The translations under genes were made by a program, and so were the position numbers. This document shows positions 36,678 to 44,332 of a DNA stretch of 44,493 nucleotides, piece after piece (within the stretch, counting starts at the first letter, position 1; each line of letters begins with the position of its first letter). Source of the stretch: a virus (taxonomy: Duplodnaviria > Caudoviricetes). The stretch spans positions 1 through 44,493 of the IMG/VR virus record IMGVR_UViG_3300031945_000008. One strand, 5' to 3'. Under the pieces are notes generated by a model that ran no database searches, was not told where the DNA came from, and saw only the letters and a list, made by a program, of their open reading frames with translations.

Positions 36678-37477
36678 TAGTTTGTTTTTTCTATTGTTGG
36701 TTGTTGTGGTTGTTGGACAGGTACGACTGTCGGCGGTTCTGGGGAAATCGTTGCGACGAGTGCGTCTTGGGTGAGGACCGCAGGAAGGGTCGAGAACTCG
36801 GACGAACGCTTCAGGTGTTCTTGACGGACGTTGCCAAGCATTCTGACGTTCCAAGTGTGCTTATGGGTGAGTCCTTCCTCGTTCACCTCGCATCGCCAGA
36901 CGTCCGAGAATAGAACTGGAAACTTCTCTCGAATGGAACCATCGACGGCGATCTGGTATTTGTAGATTCCGTCGGACTCATCCCGCTCCTTGTTCTCGTG
37001 GGCGATCATGATGAGTTTCTTACCTGACTGTCGGAGCTGTAGGATTATGGACTTCCATGTGATCACCAAATCTCCCCACTGTTTGAACCCTTCGAGGCGA
37101 ACGTTAGCGTCACTAGTTGCGTTACAGATACGGGCCTTGATGATGTCCTCGATGAAGGTTGCTGAGTCTAGTATGATGACGTCGACATCCTTGGACTCTA
37201 TTGCGGCTGAAATCTTGTTCATCATCCTTGGGTACCGCAGAGCAGGCGGGACGGGTTTTCCATCCTCGTCCGGAGTGGCCGTGTCGAAGCCGACGATATT
37301 GGATGACTTACATATTTTCTCAAGGTAGTCTTTTCCTGATTTGAAGTTCAGATCGGCTACGAATACATACGACTTCGGCCAGAGTCGCATGGCAAGAACC
37401 GTCTTGCCGACGCCGGCACCACCAGTAATAAGGATCGCGGTACCGAGATTAGAGTTGAATGATTTAAGTGGTTGCAT
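36677..37477 (-). CDS. Sak4-like/AAA_24 RecA-fold single-strand annealing ATPase
   Basis: GGAGVGKT, IILDSAT, LIMIAHE, FSDVW; start moved to 37477 (TAATG). Confidence 0.8.
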   Translation of the reverse strand: MQPLKSFNSNLGTAILITGGAGVGKTVLAMRLWPKSYVFVADLNFKSGKDYLEKICKSSNIVGFDTATPDEDGKPVPPALRYPRMMNKISAAIESKDVDVIILDSATFIEDIIKARICNATSDANVRLEGFKQWGDLVITWKSIILQLRQSGKKLIMIAHENKERDESDGIYKYQIAVDGSIREKFPVLFSDVWRCEVNEEGLTHKHTWNVRMLGNVRQEHLKRSSEFSTLPAVLTQDALVATISPEPPTVVPVQQPQQPTIEKTN

Positions 37478-38508
37478 TAGTGTTCGTGCATTGGGTTCCA
37501 AGTTACGTCACGATATAATTCCGACGCTAGGTCGTCCGCACGCTGGTGACGGGGCAGCGCACAGTTCTCATGGTAATCACAGGAGGGACACGGACTCTTA
37601 AACGACAACGCAACTTGTGGAAAGAAACCGTTGACAAGACATTGAATAAACGAGCTGACGTGAGCTTTGATATTGTCCTCGAACTCAGCGATCAGATCGG
37701 GATTGTAGAAGTACGTTCGACGATTGTATTCGGTTCCTTTACCAGTCTTGGTCGGCACCCTCACAATCACTGCGTTGAGGATAAGTCCAGCGACCGGAAC
37801 TCCAAGGAGTTTCTGTAGCGCCCAACAATAGCCTCTGGTTTGTAGAGATAATCTAAAGTTCTCCTCGAACTCTTGTCCACCACGACTCGAAGTCTTGTCG
37901 TCCATGACGAAGTATTGTCCGTTCTGCACAAGCGCGGAGTCAACTCGGCCGGTGTAGATCACATGGATGTTTCTAACATAGACATCAATGTTCCCAATCT
38001 TTATCCGTCGATTCACCGCGACTGTCATTAACGGAACCTTAAATGGCCGTTCAATAAGCGGTGCTCCGTCAGAATAGACCAGTTGCTCACGCAACCCATC
38101 CCCTTTGTAACGGACTTCATACTGTGCCATTACCTTCTCCATCATTTCACTGTTACGATGATCCGATGTGGAGCAAGGATACGACACGAAATGTTCTGCA
38201 ATCTTGTCTGCCTTGAACCGTGCGAATTCCTCCGTGAATCCGATGATGAGACGTTTTGCGTCGAGCGCGTGAAAGAGATGCCCGAACGTCATAGCCGATT
38301 GATCGCGACAGGATTCGCGTCCTTTGACGGAATAGTTCTCCGCCTTACGGGGGCAGATCATGAAGTTAGATAATGAACTATAGTCCAACTCCATCACGTA
38401 GTCATCGGGATGGTCGGGGGACCGAGTCATCAACTCGCGCTTCGGCCAGTTGTTCCTCGCGGGGCCAACCGACGATACTGGTATAGAAACACTTAATGGG
38501 TCAAGCAT
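37477..38508 (-). CDS. Cas4/RecB-like PD-(D/E)XK exonuclease with Fe-S cysteines
   Basis: YSSL...CPRK, FGHLFH, GRVD...VMDDKTS, QTRGY, CPSCDYHENC. Confidence 0.88.
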   Translation of the reverse strand: MLDPLSVSIPVSSVGPARNNWPKRELMTRSPDHPDDYVMELDYSSLSNFMICPRKAENYSVKGRESCRDQSAMTFGHLFHALDAKRLIIGFTEEFARFKADKIAEHFVSYPCSTSDHRNSEMMEKVMAQYEVRYKGDGLREQLVYSDGAPLIERPFKVPLMTVAVNRRIKIGNIDVYVRNIHVIYTGRVDSALVQNGQYFVMDDKTSSRGGQEFEENFRLSLQTRGYCWALQKLLGVPVAGLILNAVIVRVPTKTGKGTEYNRRTYFYNPDLIAEFEDNIKAHVSSFIQCLVNGFFPQVALSFKSPCPSCDYHENCALPRHQRADDLASELYRDVTWNPMHEH

Positions 38509-38704
38509 GTTGTTTGCCTTTGCGGTAACCGCGTTTTGGACGTTTGGGTTTGGTTGATATACTCCGGTTCACCCAGTCTACAGGAGTGATACCCGACTTC
38601 AATAGTCGCGCATTACACGCGGCACGGAATAGGTCGGAGTTTATGTGTAGGACCTCTGGGAGTTCGGTCGATTCGAGTAATGGGAAACCGTTATGTTTTT
38701 TCAC
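38501..38704 (-). CDS. Hypothetical protein (67 aa)
   Basis: Overlap-coupled on both sides. Confidence 0.55.
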   Translation of the reverse strand: MKKHNGFPLLESTELPEVLHINSDLFRAACNARLLKSGITPVDWVNRSISTKPKRPKRGYRKGKQHA

Positions 38705-38898
38705 TTCCTTGTGAACGCAAAGTCCCTTCCTGTCTTACCACCGCTCTTGCGCTTCTGACTTAGTGCGGCTGCAACCGCCTGCTTATCCGCGGTTGCTTTA
38801 CCGAACTTCTTTCTCGTCTTCTCATACGTTTTCCCTTTATGAAACTCCGATATGTTCGACGACACAACTTCTTTACTAGTACCCTTTCGGAGTGGCAT
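38701..38898 (-). CDS. Small basic protein of the MPL.KG.S...SNI...KQAVA.AL type
   Basis: MPLRKGTSKEVVSSNISE...KQAVAAALSQKRKS; GAGGAGG RBS before ATG 38898. Confidence 0.75.
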   Translation of the reverse strand: MPLRKGTSKEVVSSNISEFHKGKTYEKTRKKFGKATADKQAVAAALSQKRKSGGKTGRDFAFTRK

Positions 38899-39100
38899 GT
38901 TTACCTCCTCTACTCTCGGGGCTGTGTCTCTCTTGACGTCCCTTTTGATACTCATGTTCTCCGCTTCCAGGTTTGTGTACTCCGTGGACGGTATGATACA
39001 TGCCAGGACCTTTCTTCTCTGCGTCGTGACGCATCAATTCCGCACCCTCTGGCCCGTGGGCCACTTGGTAGTGTCGTTTTAGTTCTTCTTTTCTACTCAT
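38876..39100 (-). CDS. His/Gly/Lys-rich small protein (74 aa)
   Basis: AAGGAG RBS; coupled. Confidence 0.65.
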   Translation of the reverse strand: MSRKEELKRHYQVAHGPEGAELMRHDAEKKGPGMYHTVHGVHKPGSGEHEYQKGRQERHSPESRGGKHATPKGY

Positions 39101-39103
39101 TTT

Positions 39104-39421
39104 TTACTCCTTCTGTTCTAACTGCGCTAACAGTTCTAATGCTCTGTCTAAATTACTCTGCTTTCTTGGTTTTGGTGCGCCGTCCCCCTTTAGTGCGGCC
39201 TTTCGACTCTGGGCACTCGACCTTAGCGTCGAGCACCGCTTTATGAAGTCCACCAACTCCTCGTTCGTCATGTTGTGGACTAGAGTTTCCTCCGCTATTA
39301 GTGCTTCCAGCGGCGCATCTATCCACGAAAACGAGCCTGTTAAAGATGTCTTCGAGGACTGGGAAGGGGTCACTGAGTCCTCCTTCAATGGGTTCGATAT
39401 TATGTAGTCGTTTGAGTTCAT
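39104..39421 (-). CDS. Hypothetical protein with the shared C-terminal tag (start uncertain; alternative 39271)
   Basis: Ends 3 nt before the next gene; C-terminus PKPRKQSNLDRALELL. Confidence 0.65.
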   Translation of the reverse strand: MNSNDYIISNPLKEDSVTPSQSSKTSLTGSFSWIDAPLEALIAEETLVHNMTNEELVDFIKRCSTLRSSAQSRKAALKGDGAPKPRKQSNLDRALELLAQLEQKE

Positions 39422-39569
39422 CTACGAATTTCTTAAATAGGTTTGATAGGATTTTGTCTTGCATACCGGCGAGATAGAATCGACGGGTGACAAAGACGTA
39501 GTCTTGAGCATCGACACGAGCGAGGATACACTTGAGGCGACGCTCCTTTGGGTAGGGATTGTTAAACAT
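39153..39569 (-). CDS. Hypothetical protein (possible ribbon-helix-helix-like N-terminus)
   Basis: Starts 6 nt after the upstream stop; 3' part overlaps the next ORF. Confidence 0.6.
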   Translation of the reverse strand: MFNNPYPKERRLKCILARVDAQDYVFVTRRFYLAGMQDKILSNLFKKFVDELKRLHNIEPIEGGLSDPFPVLEDIFNRLVFVDRCAAGSTNSGGNSSPQHDERGVGGLHKAVLDAKVECPESKGRTKGGRRTKTKKAE

Positions 39570-39575
39570 AGCATA

Positions 39576-40103
39576 TTATATCAGTACTAACGAGCCGTCA
39601 GGACGGTTAAGCCTTTCGACATTTTCACGGGTTGGGAGCAGAGTAAGATCGGGTGGACGCTGAATCATAATGGGTCCGACGAGGCGGCCACGGGAAAGTA
39701 GAACCTCAAATGCTGTGATGTCCTCAAGTTCGAGGGTGGTGAACCGTAACGTGCTGTCGCTCACCGACTCTGTGCCGGTGAGAACAGAATTAACCTTCTC
39801 AGAGGTACCAATATAGACCTGCTCGTCGTCGAACTTGAAAATGACCTCGGAATACCACCGCATCAAATCTTCGTGGCTAATATCGTCGTGCTCAATTGGA
39901 TACCTGAATGTAAGACACCCACGCATCGCGTCACGTGCTCTTGAGACAACGGAGATCGGTGCCATGTTGATCGGTCGATAAACATAAGGTCTTGGATGTT
40001 GTCGATACGCCGAGATTAACATATCACGGTATTTCAACCACGCTGGTAACGACGCCCTCGGATTTCCTGCCAGGTTCCTTGGCTGTAGTCGGTCTAGTTT
40101 CAT
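39576..40103 (-). CDS. Hypothetical protein (175 aa)
   Basis: Long coupled ORF. Confidence 0.8.
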   Translation of the reverse strand: MKLDRLQPRNLAGNPRASLPAWLKYRDMLISAYRQHPRPYVYRPINMAPISVVSRARDAMRGCLTFRYPIEHDDISHEDLMRWYSEVIFKFDDEQVYIGTSEKVNSVLTGTESVSDSTLRFTTLELEDITAFEVLLSRGRLVGPIMIQRPPDLTLLPTRENVERLNRPDGSLVLI

Positions 40104-40276
40104 AGGTCTAATAATTTCAGTGCGAGTCGCAGAGCGTTCTTAGGTTTCGGCTTTTGTCGTTCAAGTAGTCGTTGTCTTGCTGCGTCGCCATAGCGACCCT
40201 CCAAAATGTAGTGCTTAATACGTCGATCTGTTAGAACTCGACCTGCCGGATTATCGTTCCAATATCCGCTACGCAT
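40100..40276 (-). CDS. Hypothetical protein (58 aa; not in ORF track) with the shared C-terminal tag
   Basis: MRSGYWNDNPAGRVLTDRRIKHYILEGRYGDAARQRLLERQKPKPKNALRLALKLLDL; overlaps both neighbours and fills the gap. Confidence 0.75.
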   Translation of the reverse strand: MRSGYWNDNPAGRVLTDRRIKHYILEGRYGDAARQRLLERQKPKPKNALRLALKLLDL

Positions 40277-40451
40277 CGGGTTTCGTAATCAACCGCAGTC
40301 GCAGTCGTAAACATGCATCATAACCTGCCAAGAAGTAATCCCATGGTCCTTTCGACCTCAGTATTCTTCGGTCAAGCTCCGCCTGAAACGCTACCTTGCA
40401 GTGCTCTTGTAACTTCTTAATTTCTTCGTCTGTTAAATCTCTAAGTGTCAT
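40269..40451 (-). CDS. Hypothetical protein (60 aa)
   Basis: Coupled; contains YFLAGYDA, a common small-phage-protein pattern. Confidence 0.7.
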   Translation of the reverse strand: MTLRDLTDEEIKKLQEHCKVAFQAELDRRILRSKGPWDYFLAGYDACLRLRLRLITKPDA

Positions 40452-40653
40452 GATAGGTTTTCCCCGCCGCGAGAGTCCCTCCGGCCAGAGGCGTTTTATT
40501 ATCCGCCAATACCTTTTTGGGCTTGGTGCCCTCTCGCGCTTCGCCAGTTACAGTCGAGCATTCGTTTGCACAGCCCTTGGTGGAACCTCTAGCTCCCTTT
40601 TGCACCTCTGTAATCAACTCGGCCAGCACAGGCACGGGGAAAATATTTTTCAT
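40441..40653 (-). CDS. Hypothetical protein (70 aa)
   Basis: ATG ORF; the start lies inside a hairpin. Confidence 0.5.
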   Translation of the reverse strand: MKNIFPVPVLAELITEVQKGARGSTKGCANECSTVTGEAREGTKPKKVLADNKTPLAGGTLAAGKTYHDT

Positions 40654-40872
40654 ACTCTAAAGACATGACGAACACGAGGGGAGTAGTTCTCGCCTTCACG
40701 ATATGCATACTTGGTGTCGCATCCCTCTAATCGTTTTTGATCGTTCATCATGTCTTTAGAATATGCACCGATATTTGGGCGTCGGTGCCAGCGTCCCGTC
40801 TTTCTGAAACCACTAACGCAGGTTGCATATAAGGACTAACCATGTCTCGTTTGGACCCTGTGGGAATCCAAA
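40651..40872 (-). other. Structured intergenic RNA/leader (three stem-loops)
   Basis: 23-bp stem 40651-40673/40743-40765 plus smaller stems at about 40765-40788 and 40850-40872. Confidence 0.6.
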
Positions 40873-40873
40873 T

Positions 40874-41461
40874 TCATAACTCAAGTTTTGCCTCCGCTTG
40901 TCGAATTGCGATGTTCTTTAAGTGTCGTTGCAACGCCTGAACTCCTCGTGCGAGTCCTTCCAACGTTGGCTTACCGTCAGGGCCACGTTGCACGGTATAC
41001 CCTGGCACGTTATCCTCTATATACTCGGCACTCTTAACCTCCCTACCCTCGGCAATAAACTTGTTCGCTGCGTCTATTGCGGCTTGTGAAATCTTACCAC
41101 CGCCTGACGTCTGGATCGACTGATAGAACGGCACCTCTCGCGCCTTCTTCATCAACGTCGATTCAATCTCTCGTCGTAAATCCTTGTGCTCGTCCCATAG
41201 TTGACCAAGGTATGCGATGTCCGTTGGCACGACGGGTTTGTCGTCCGTCCCATTGTTCTTCTTTGGAAACCTCTCAATGAAACTCTTTGCGGTTTCACGA
41301 TAGAGTCTCGGTAGAAAGTTTCTTGCAACGCAGTCCGAGTTAAATCCGTCCAGCACGCCGCCGGTAATACCAACCATCTTATCGCCTTCTTCGTAATTCG
41401 ACGGCACTGGATGCGTGACCGTCACGTTTCCATAAAGCACGTCCGTCTCACGTTCCTTCAT
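40874..41461 (-). CDS. Hypothetical protein (195 aa)
   Basis: AAGGAG RBS; long ORF. Confidence 0.85.
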   Translation of the reverse strand: MKERETDVLYGNVTVTHPVPSNYEEGDKMVGITGGVLDGFNSDCVARNFLPRLYRETAKSFIERFPKKNNGTDDKPVVPTDIAYLGQLWDEHKDLRREIESTLMKKAREVPFYQSIQTSGGGKISQAAIDAANKFIAEGREVKSAEYIEDNVPGYTVQRGPDGKPTLEGLARGVQALQRHLKNIAIRQAEAKLEL

Positions 41462-41648
41462 CTGTATCTACTCCTTTAAGTGGAATACTAAATTCTTCTG
41501 GTTCGGGGACGAACATAGTTAGAAAATGACAAAGCGCAGCATACAAACAAAACCTATTCATCCATTTTTTTGTCAATGCTGCCTGTGCACCGTCGCTAAA
41601 CACTTTGTGAAGACGACTGATCTCTAGTGCTAGCGACGGCTCAGGCAT
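41448..41648 (-). CDS. Hypothetical protein (66 aa)
   Basis: Coupled small ORF. Confidence 0.6.
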   Translation of the reverse strand: MPEPSLALEISRLHKVFSDGAQAALTKKWMNRFCLYAALCHFLTMFVPEPEEFSIPLKGVDTDEGT

Positions 41649-41652
41649 TGGT

Positions 41653-41913
41653 TTACAGTGTCAGACCACCTGCTGACGTCTTCTGGGACATTGCGGTGAA
41701 TGATCCACCTTCGAGTGGTGGTGGAGTAAACGAACTCATGTTCTCACGCCGCTCATAATCGTGGGTTGAACCTTCTAGCCAGTTAAAAATGGCTGTTTCT
41801 ATCTCGGTTGGAGTAGCCGAACGGGGATCACCACTAAGGTCTTTCAAGTTCAGTATCGAACCATACGCTTCTGCTATCCGAGGTTCATCGTCAACCTTGA
41901 CACAGTATTTCAT
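41653..41913 (-). CDS. Hypothetical protein (86 aa)
   Basis: GGAGGT RBS. Confidence 0.7.
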   Translation of the reverse strand: MKYCVKVDDEPRIAEAYGSILNLKDLSGDPRSATPTEIETAIFNWLEGSTHDYERRENMSSFTPPPLEGGSFTAMSQKTSAGGLTL

Positions 41914-42028
41914 ATTTTACCTCCGTTTTGATGGGTTGGCCTTTGAGCAACTTACCATCATCACGGAAATTTGCAAGATTGTATAATGTAACAATCCGCC
42001 GATTCCGTAATTTTCATTTAGCAGAGGA

Positions 42029-42307
42029 TCACGGAGCAGAGAATTTGACCTCGCTAAATCCTTCAAAGGTTATCTTGACCTCCTTCCAGTTGTCCGAGAA
42101 TGGACGGTTGATGTATACCGACTTAACGATTGGGTTCTTGATATCGTCGGCAACATCAAACCTCACGGAATGTGTGCAATCCTTGTTTTTCTTTAGTGTT
42201 ATTGTTGTTGGTGTTGTTGTCATGGTTTTTGCTTCATTGAAACCAATATATATTGGCTTCATTCCTACTGCTCTGAGGGCTTCGTCTAAGTTTATTTCAC
42301 CGTTCAT
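42029..42307 (-). CDS. Hypothetical small beta-rich protein
   Basis: ATGA overlap; the start could be the later ATG (MTTTPTT). Confidence 0.65.
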   Translation of the reverse strand: MNGEINLDEALRAVGMKPIYIGFNEAKTMTTTPTTITLKKNKDCTHSVRFDVADDIKNPIVKSVYINRPFSDNWKEVKITFEGFSEVKFSAP

Positions 42308-42531
42308 GTGTTGAGATGGTAATGGTCCAAGTATGCTTCTCTCCGAACTACGCGAATGTCGTCCTCGTTCAACGGCACCTCGCCGTGGTCTTCGTAGAAC
42401 GCTCTTTCCAACAAACCTCGTCGGGCGTTGTCGGACCTGGCGTATTCAAAGTGGTGGTAAAGTTGTGTGCTGGTCCCGATAAACCCGCAAGCGCACGCTT
42501 TAAGTGTTGGGTGTAGTTTTTTGATTTTCAT
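42304..42531 (-). CDS. Small protein with a possible C2H2-like zinc site
   Basis: CACGF....QLYHHF. Confidence 0.6.
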   Translation of the reverse strand: MKIKKLHPTLKACACGFIGTSTQLYHHFEYARSDNARRGLLERAFYEDHGEVPLNEDDIRVVRREAYLDHYHLNT

Positions 42532-42697
42532 TTAAATCACGCTCCGATCCACTGAACCAGTGACCGTCGTCAAAGACTATCATTATCATGCCATAACCGG
42601 CATGGACGACTTTTCCCCACCTGCCATCGCGTAACTGCACGCGGCTGCCGATGAGTTCCTTATGTTGATACCTATTTGATGGTGGTTTCGTTGTCAT
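42500..42697 (-). CDS. Small SH3/KOW-like beta-barrel protein (putative)
   Basis: IGSRVQLRDGRWGKVV...IVFDDG pattern. Confidence 0.6.
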   Translation of the reverse strand: MTTKPPSNRYQHKELIGSRVQLRDGRWGKVVHAGYGMIMIVFDDGHWFSGSERDLNENQKTTPNT

Positions 42698-42701
42698 AGA
42701 T

Positions 42702-42836
42702 TTATCGTCGGGTTGTGGCTGGTTGTGGAACGTAAGCAGGCCACCGATCGTACGTTACGGTTCGTGGTGGTAGCGATGGGTCACGCGAAACGCAACCGAT
42801 CGATAGAAGAACCAAAACGAGAAGTATGGACTTCAT
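42702..42836 (-). CDS. Small lipoprotein (44 aa)
   Basis: MKSILLVLVLLSIGC signal with lipobox-like SIGC; Pro-rich mature part; start moved to 42836. Confidence 0.65.
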   Translation of the reverse strand: MKSILLVLVLLSIGCVSRDPSLPPRTVTYDRWPAYVPQPATTRR

Positions 42837-42838
42837 CG

Positions 42839-43009
42839 TTAAACCTTTCCCGTTCCGTGACATTTTAGGCAGGTCACGCCAAAGTGTTTCATTTTGCCAG
42901 TGCCCTCGCACCAATCACAGGTTCGCTGGCCTTTAACCCACTGTTCTCGTTGCCATATCTGCAACGCCGCGCCACCGCGCGGACATCTAACGGTTTTATT
43001 TTTGGTCAT
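42839..43009 (-). CDS. DnaJ-type CxxCxGxG zinc-finger mini-protein (56 aa; not in ORF track)
   Basis: ...RTCDWCEGTGKMKHFGVTCLKCHGTGKV; ATGA overlap upstream. Confidence 0.75.
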   Translation of the reverse strand: MTKNKTVRCPRGGAALQIWQREQWVKGQRTCDWCEGTGKMKHFGVTCLKCHGTGKV

Positions 43010-43386
43010 ATTCCTAACATCTCCAATGCTTTTTGTAAAACGCTCTTGCGTTTTGGTTTTGGTTTACTTTCCTTCTCTTTCGACGTTCGATAAAGCGGGC
43101 CGGGTGCGCCTGAATTTCCACCCCAATGAAAGTTCTTCACGTGCCCGATAAGGGCGTCACCGTTTGGCAATAGGAACCACGCTTGAACTCCATCGGTTGC
43201 GATGCATGTCATCGTTGGAAACACCTCAAAGAACCCATCAATCTCACCAGCTGTTGGTGTGGTAGGTCTCCACTTGTCAAACTCTTTTCTACCAATCCAC
43301 AACCCATGCTTCGCTACCAATGCGATTAGTGCGTCGCGGTTCTGTCTATCCACCTCATCGCGCTCTATGGTTTCGAATTCGGTCAT
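43006..43386 (-). CDS. Hypothetical protein (126 aa) with the shared C-terminal tag
   Basis: ATGA overlaps; ends KPKPKRKSVLQKALEMLGI. Confidence 0.8.
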   Translation of the reverse strand: MTEFETIERDEVDRQNRDALIALVAKHGLWIGRKEFDKWRPTTPTAGEIDGFFEVFPTMTCIATDGVQAWFLLPNGDALIGHVKNFHWGGNSGAPGPLYRTSKEKESKPKPKRKSVLQKALEMLGI

Positions 43387-43895
43387 GACTTTGGTTTTCG
43401 TTTCCGCGCTGGTTCTAGCTTATAGGTTTTCTCTCCCACGACTGCGGGGATACCGGGCCAGAACTCGTAAAGGTAAATCCTTCTCTTGTCGCCAGAATTG
43501 TGTGTGATCGACGGGTTGATAATCTTCGCCAAACAATACGAGGCTTCGCCCGTTTTATTCTTTGGACCGATCTCGCCGACGACCGCTGGACATTCAACAT
43601 TGGTTTCAAGGTTCGTGAGGCGCGCCTGACATCCCATCACGACTCCTTTGACCATCGAGCGAATCTGCGGTGGGATAACAATGTATTTATCCACGTCCGC
43701 ATTGAGATACTTTCCACTATTGTAATATGCTGTTTTCGGTTGGTAATGCGGGTCGCCATAACTCGGTCCGCATCCATCATTACAAATATCCAGATTGCTC
43801 GTAAACCTTACAATCTCGTAATGGGTAGAAATGTCTGACTCATCGGATTCCCTGTGGTGAATCTCGACGCCGCCGATTGTTAATAACGTTTTCAT
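43383..43895 (-). CDS. GH75 (fungal-type chitosanase)-like glycoside hydrolase
   Basis: LDICNDG...DPHYQPKT...LNA...YIVIP...AVVGEIGP...GEASYCLA...YEFWPG matches the GH75 motif order; start at ATG 43895 (ATGA). Confidence 0.75.
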   Translation of the reverse strand: MKTLLTIGGVEIHHRESDESDISTHYEIVRFTSNLDICNDGCGPSYGDPHYQPKTAYYNSGKYLNADVDKYIVIPPQIRSMVKGVVMGCQARLTNLETNVECPAVVGEIGPKNKTGEASYCLAKIINPSITHNSGDKRRIYLYEFWPGIPAVVGEKTYKLEPARKRKPKS

Positions 43896-44089
43896 TTTGG
43901 TGGGCACAACGTTAGGGAAAACTGGTGTTTTGCCTTCTCTTTTGCCAACTCCTCCTCAAGTCGCACAATTTCTACCTCTTGGGACTGGCAATAGAGTTCC
44001 AGCCGCTCCATACGAGCAAGCAAACCCTCCTTGCCACCCCAGAATCTAGTTAATTCTTCCACCTGTTTTTCAGTTCTTGGTGTGCTCAT
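43892..44089 (-). CDS. Hypothetical coiled-coil protein (65 aa)
   Basis: Coupled on both sides. Confidence 0.65.
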   Translation of the reverse strand: MSTPRTEKQVEELTRFWGGKEGLLARMERLELYCQSQEVEIVRLEEELAKEKAKHQFSLTLCPPK

Positions 44090-44166
44090 ATATTAGTCAT
44101 CCATTCATTCCATTTCCACACTAGCCTCCGCCACGCGTAGACTATCGTATATATTATGTTTTTCAT
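44086..44166 (-). CDS. Trp-rich 26-aa peptide
   Basis: MKNIIYTIVYAWRRLVWKWNEWMTNI; ATG 4 nt after the upstream stop and ATGA overlap downstream. Confidence 0.5.
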   Translation of the reverse strand: MKNIIYTIVYAWRRLVWKWNEWMTNI

Positions 44167-44170
44167 AGTT

Positions 44171-44332
44171 TTAGTTCTTGATCCACTCGTAGGATGACTC
44201 AATCCATGAGTTCCATCCTTCGAAACGAAAGAGTGCCAGCGCCTTACCCGCATCGGCGAATGTTTCGTAGGTTTTGTGGCTGCGATGCCGTTCACCGTGC
44301 CACGTGTATATGATAGTATATATTCTTTTCAT
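44171..44332 (-). CDS. Small early protein (53 aa; alternative start 44344)
   Basis: MKRIYTIIYTWHGE...; ATG inside a 12-bp tandem repeat (44328-44351). Confidence 0.6.
   Translation of the reverse strand: MKRIYTIIYTWHGERHRSHKTYETFADAGKALALFRFEGWNSWIESSYEWIKN

Noticed and set aside
37477-38508. Cas4-like gene as evidence of a CRISPR system
   Set aside because: No repeat-spacer array or other cas genes seen; the Sak4/SSB context indicates a recombination exonuclease
40765-40788. GCACCGA...GTCGGTGC hairpin resembling the Cas9 tracrRNA 3' stem
   Set aside because: Only a short stem matches, the loop differs, and there is no anti-repeat or Cas9; probably coincidental
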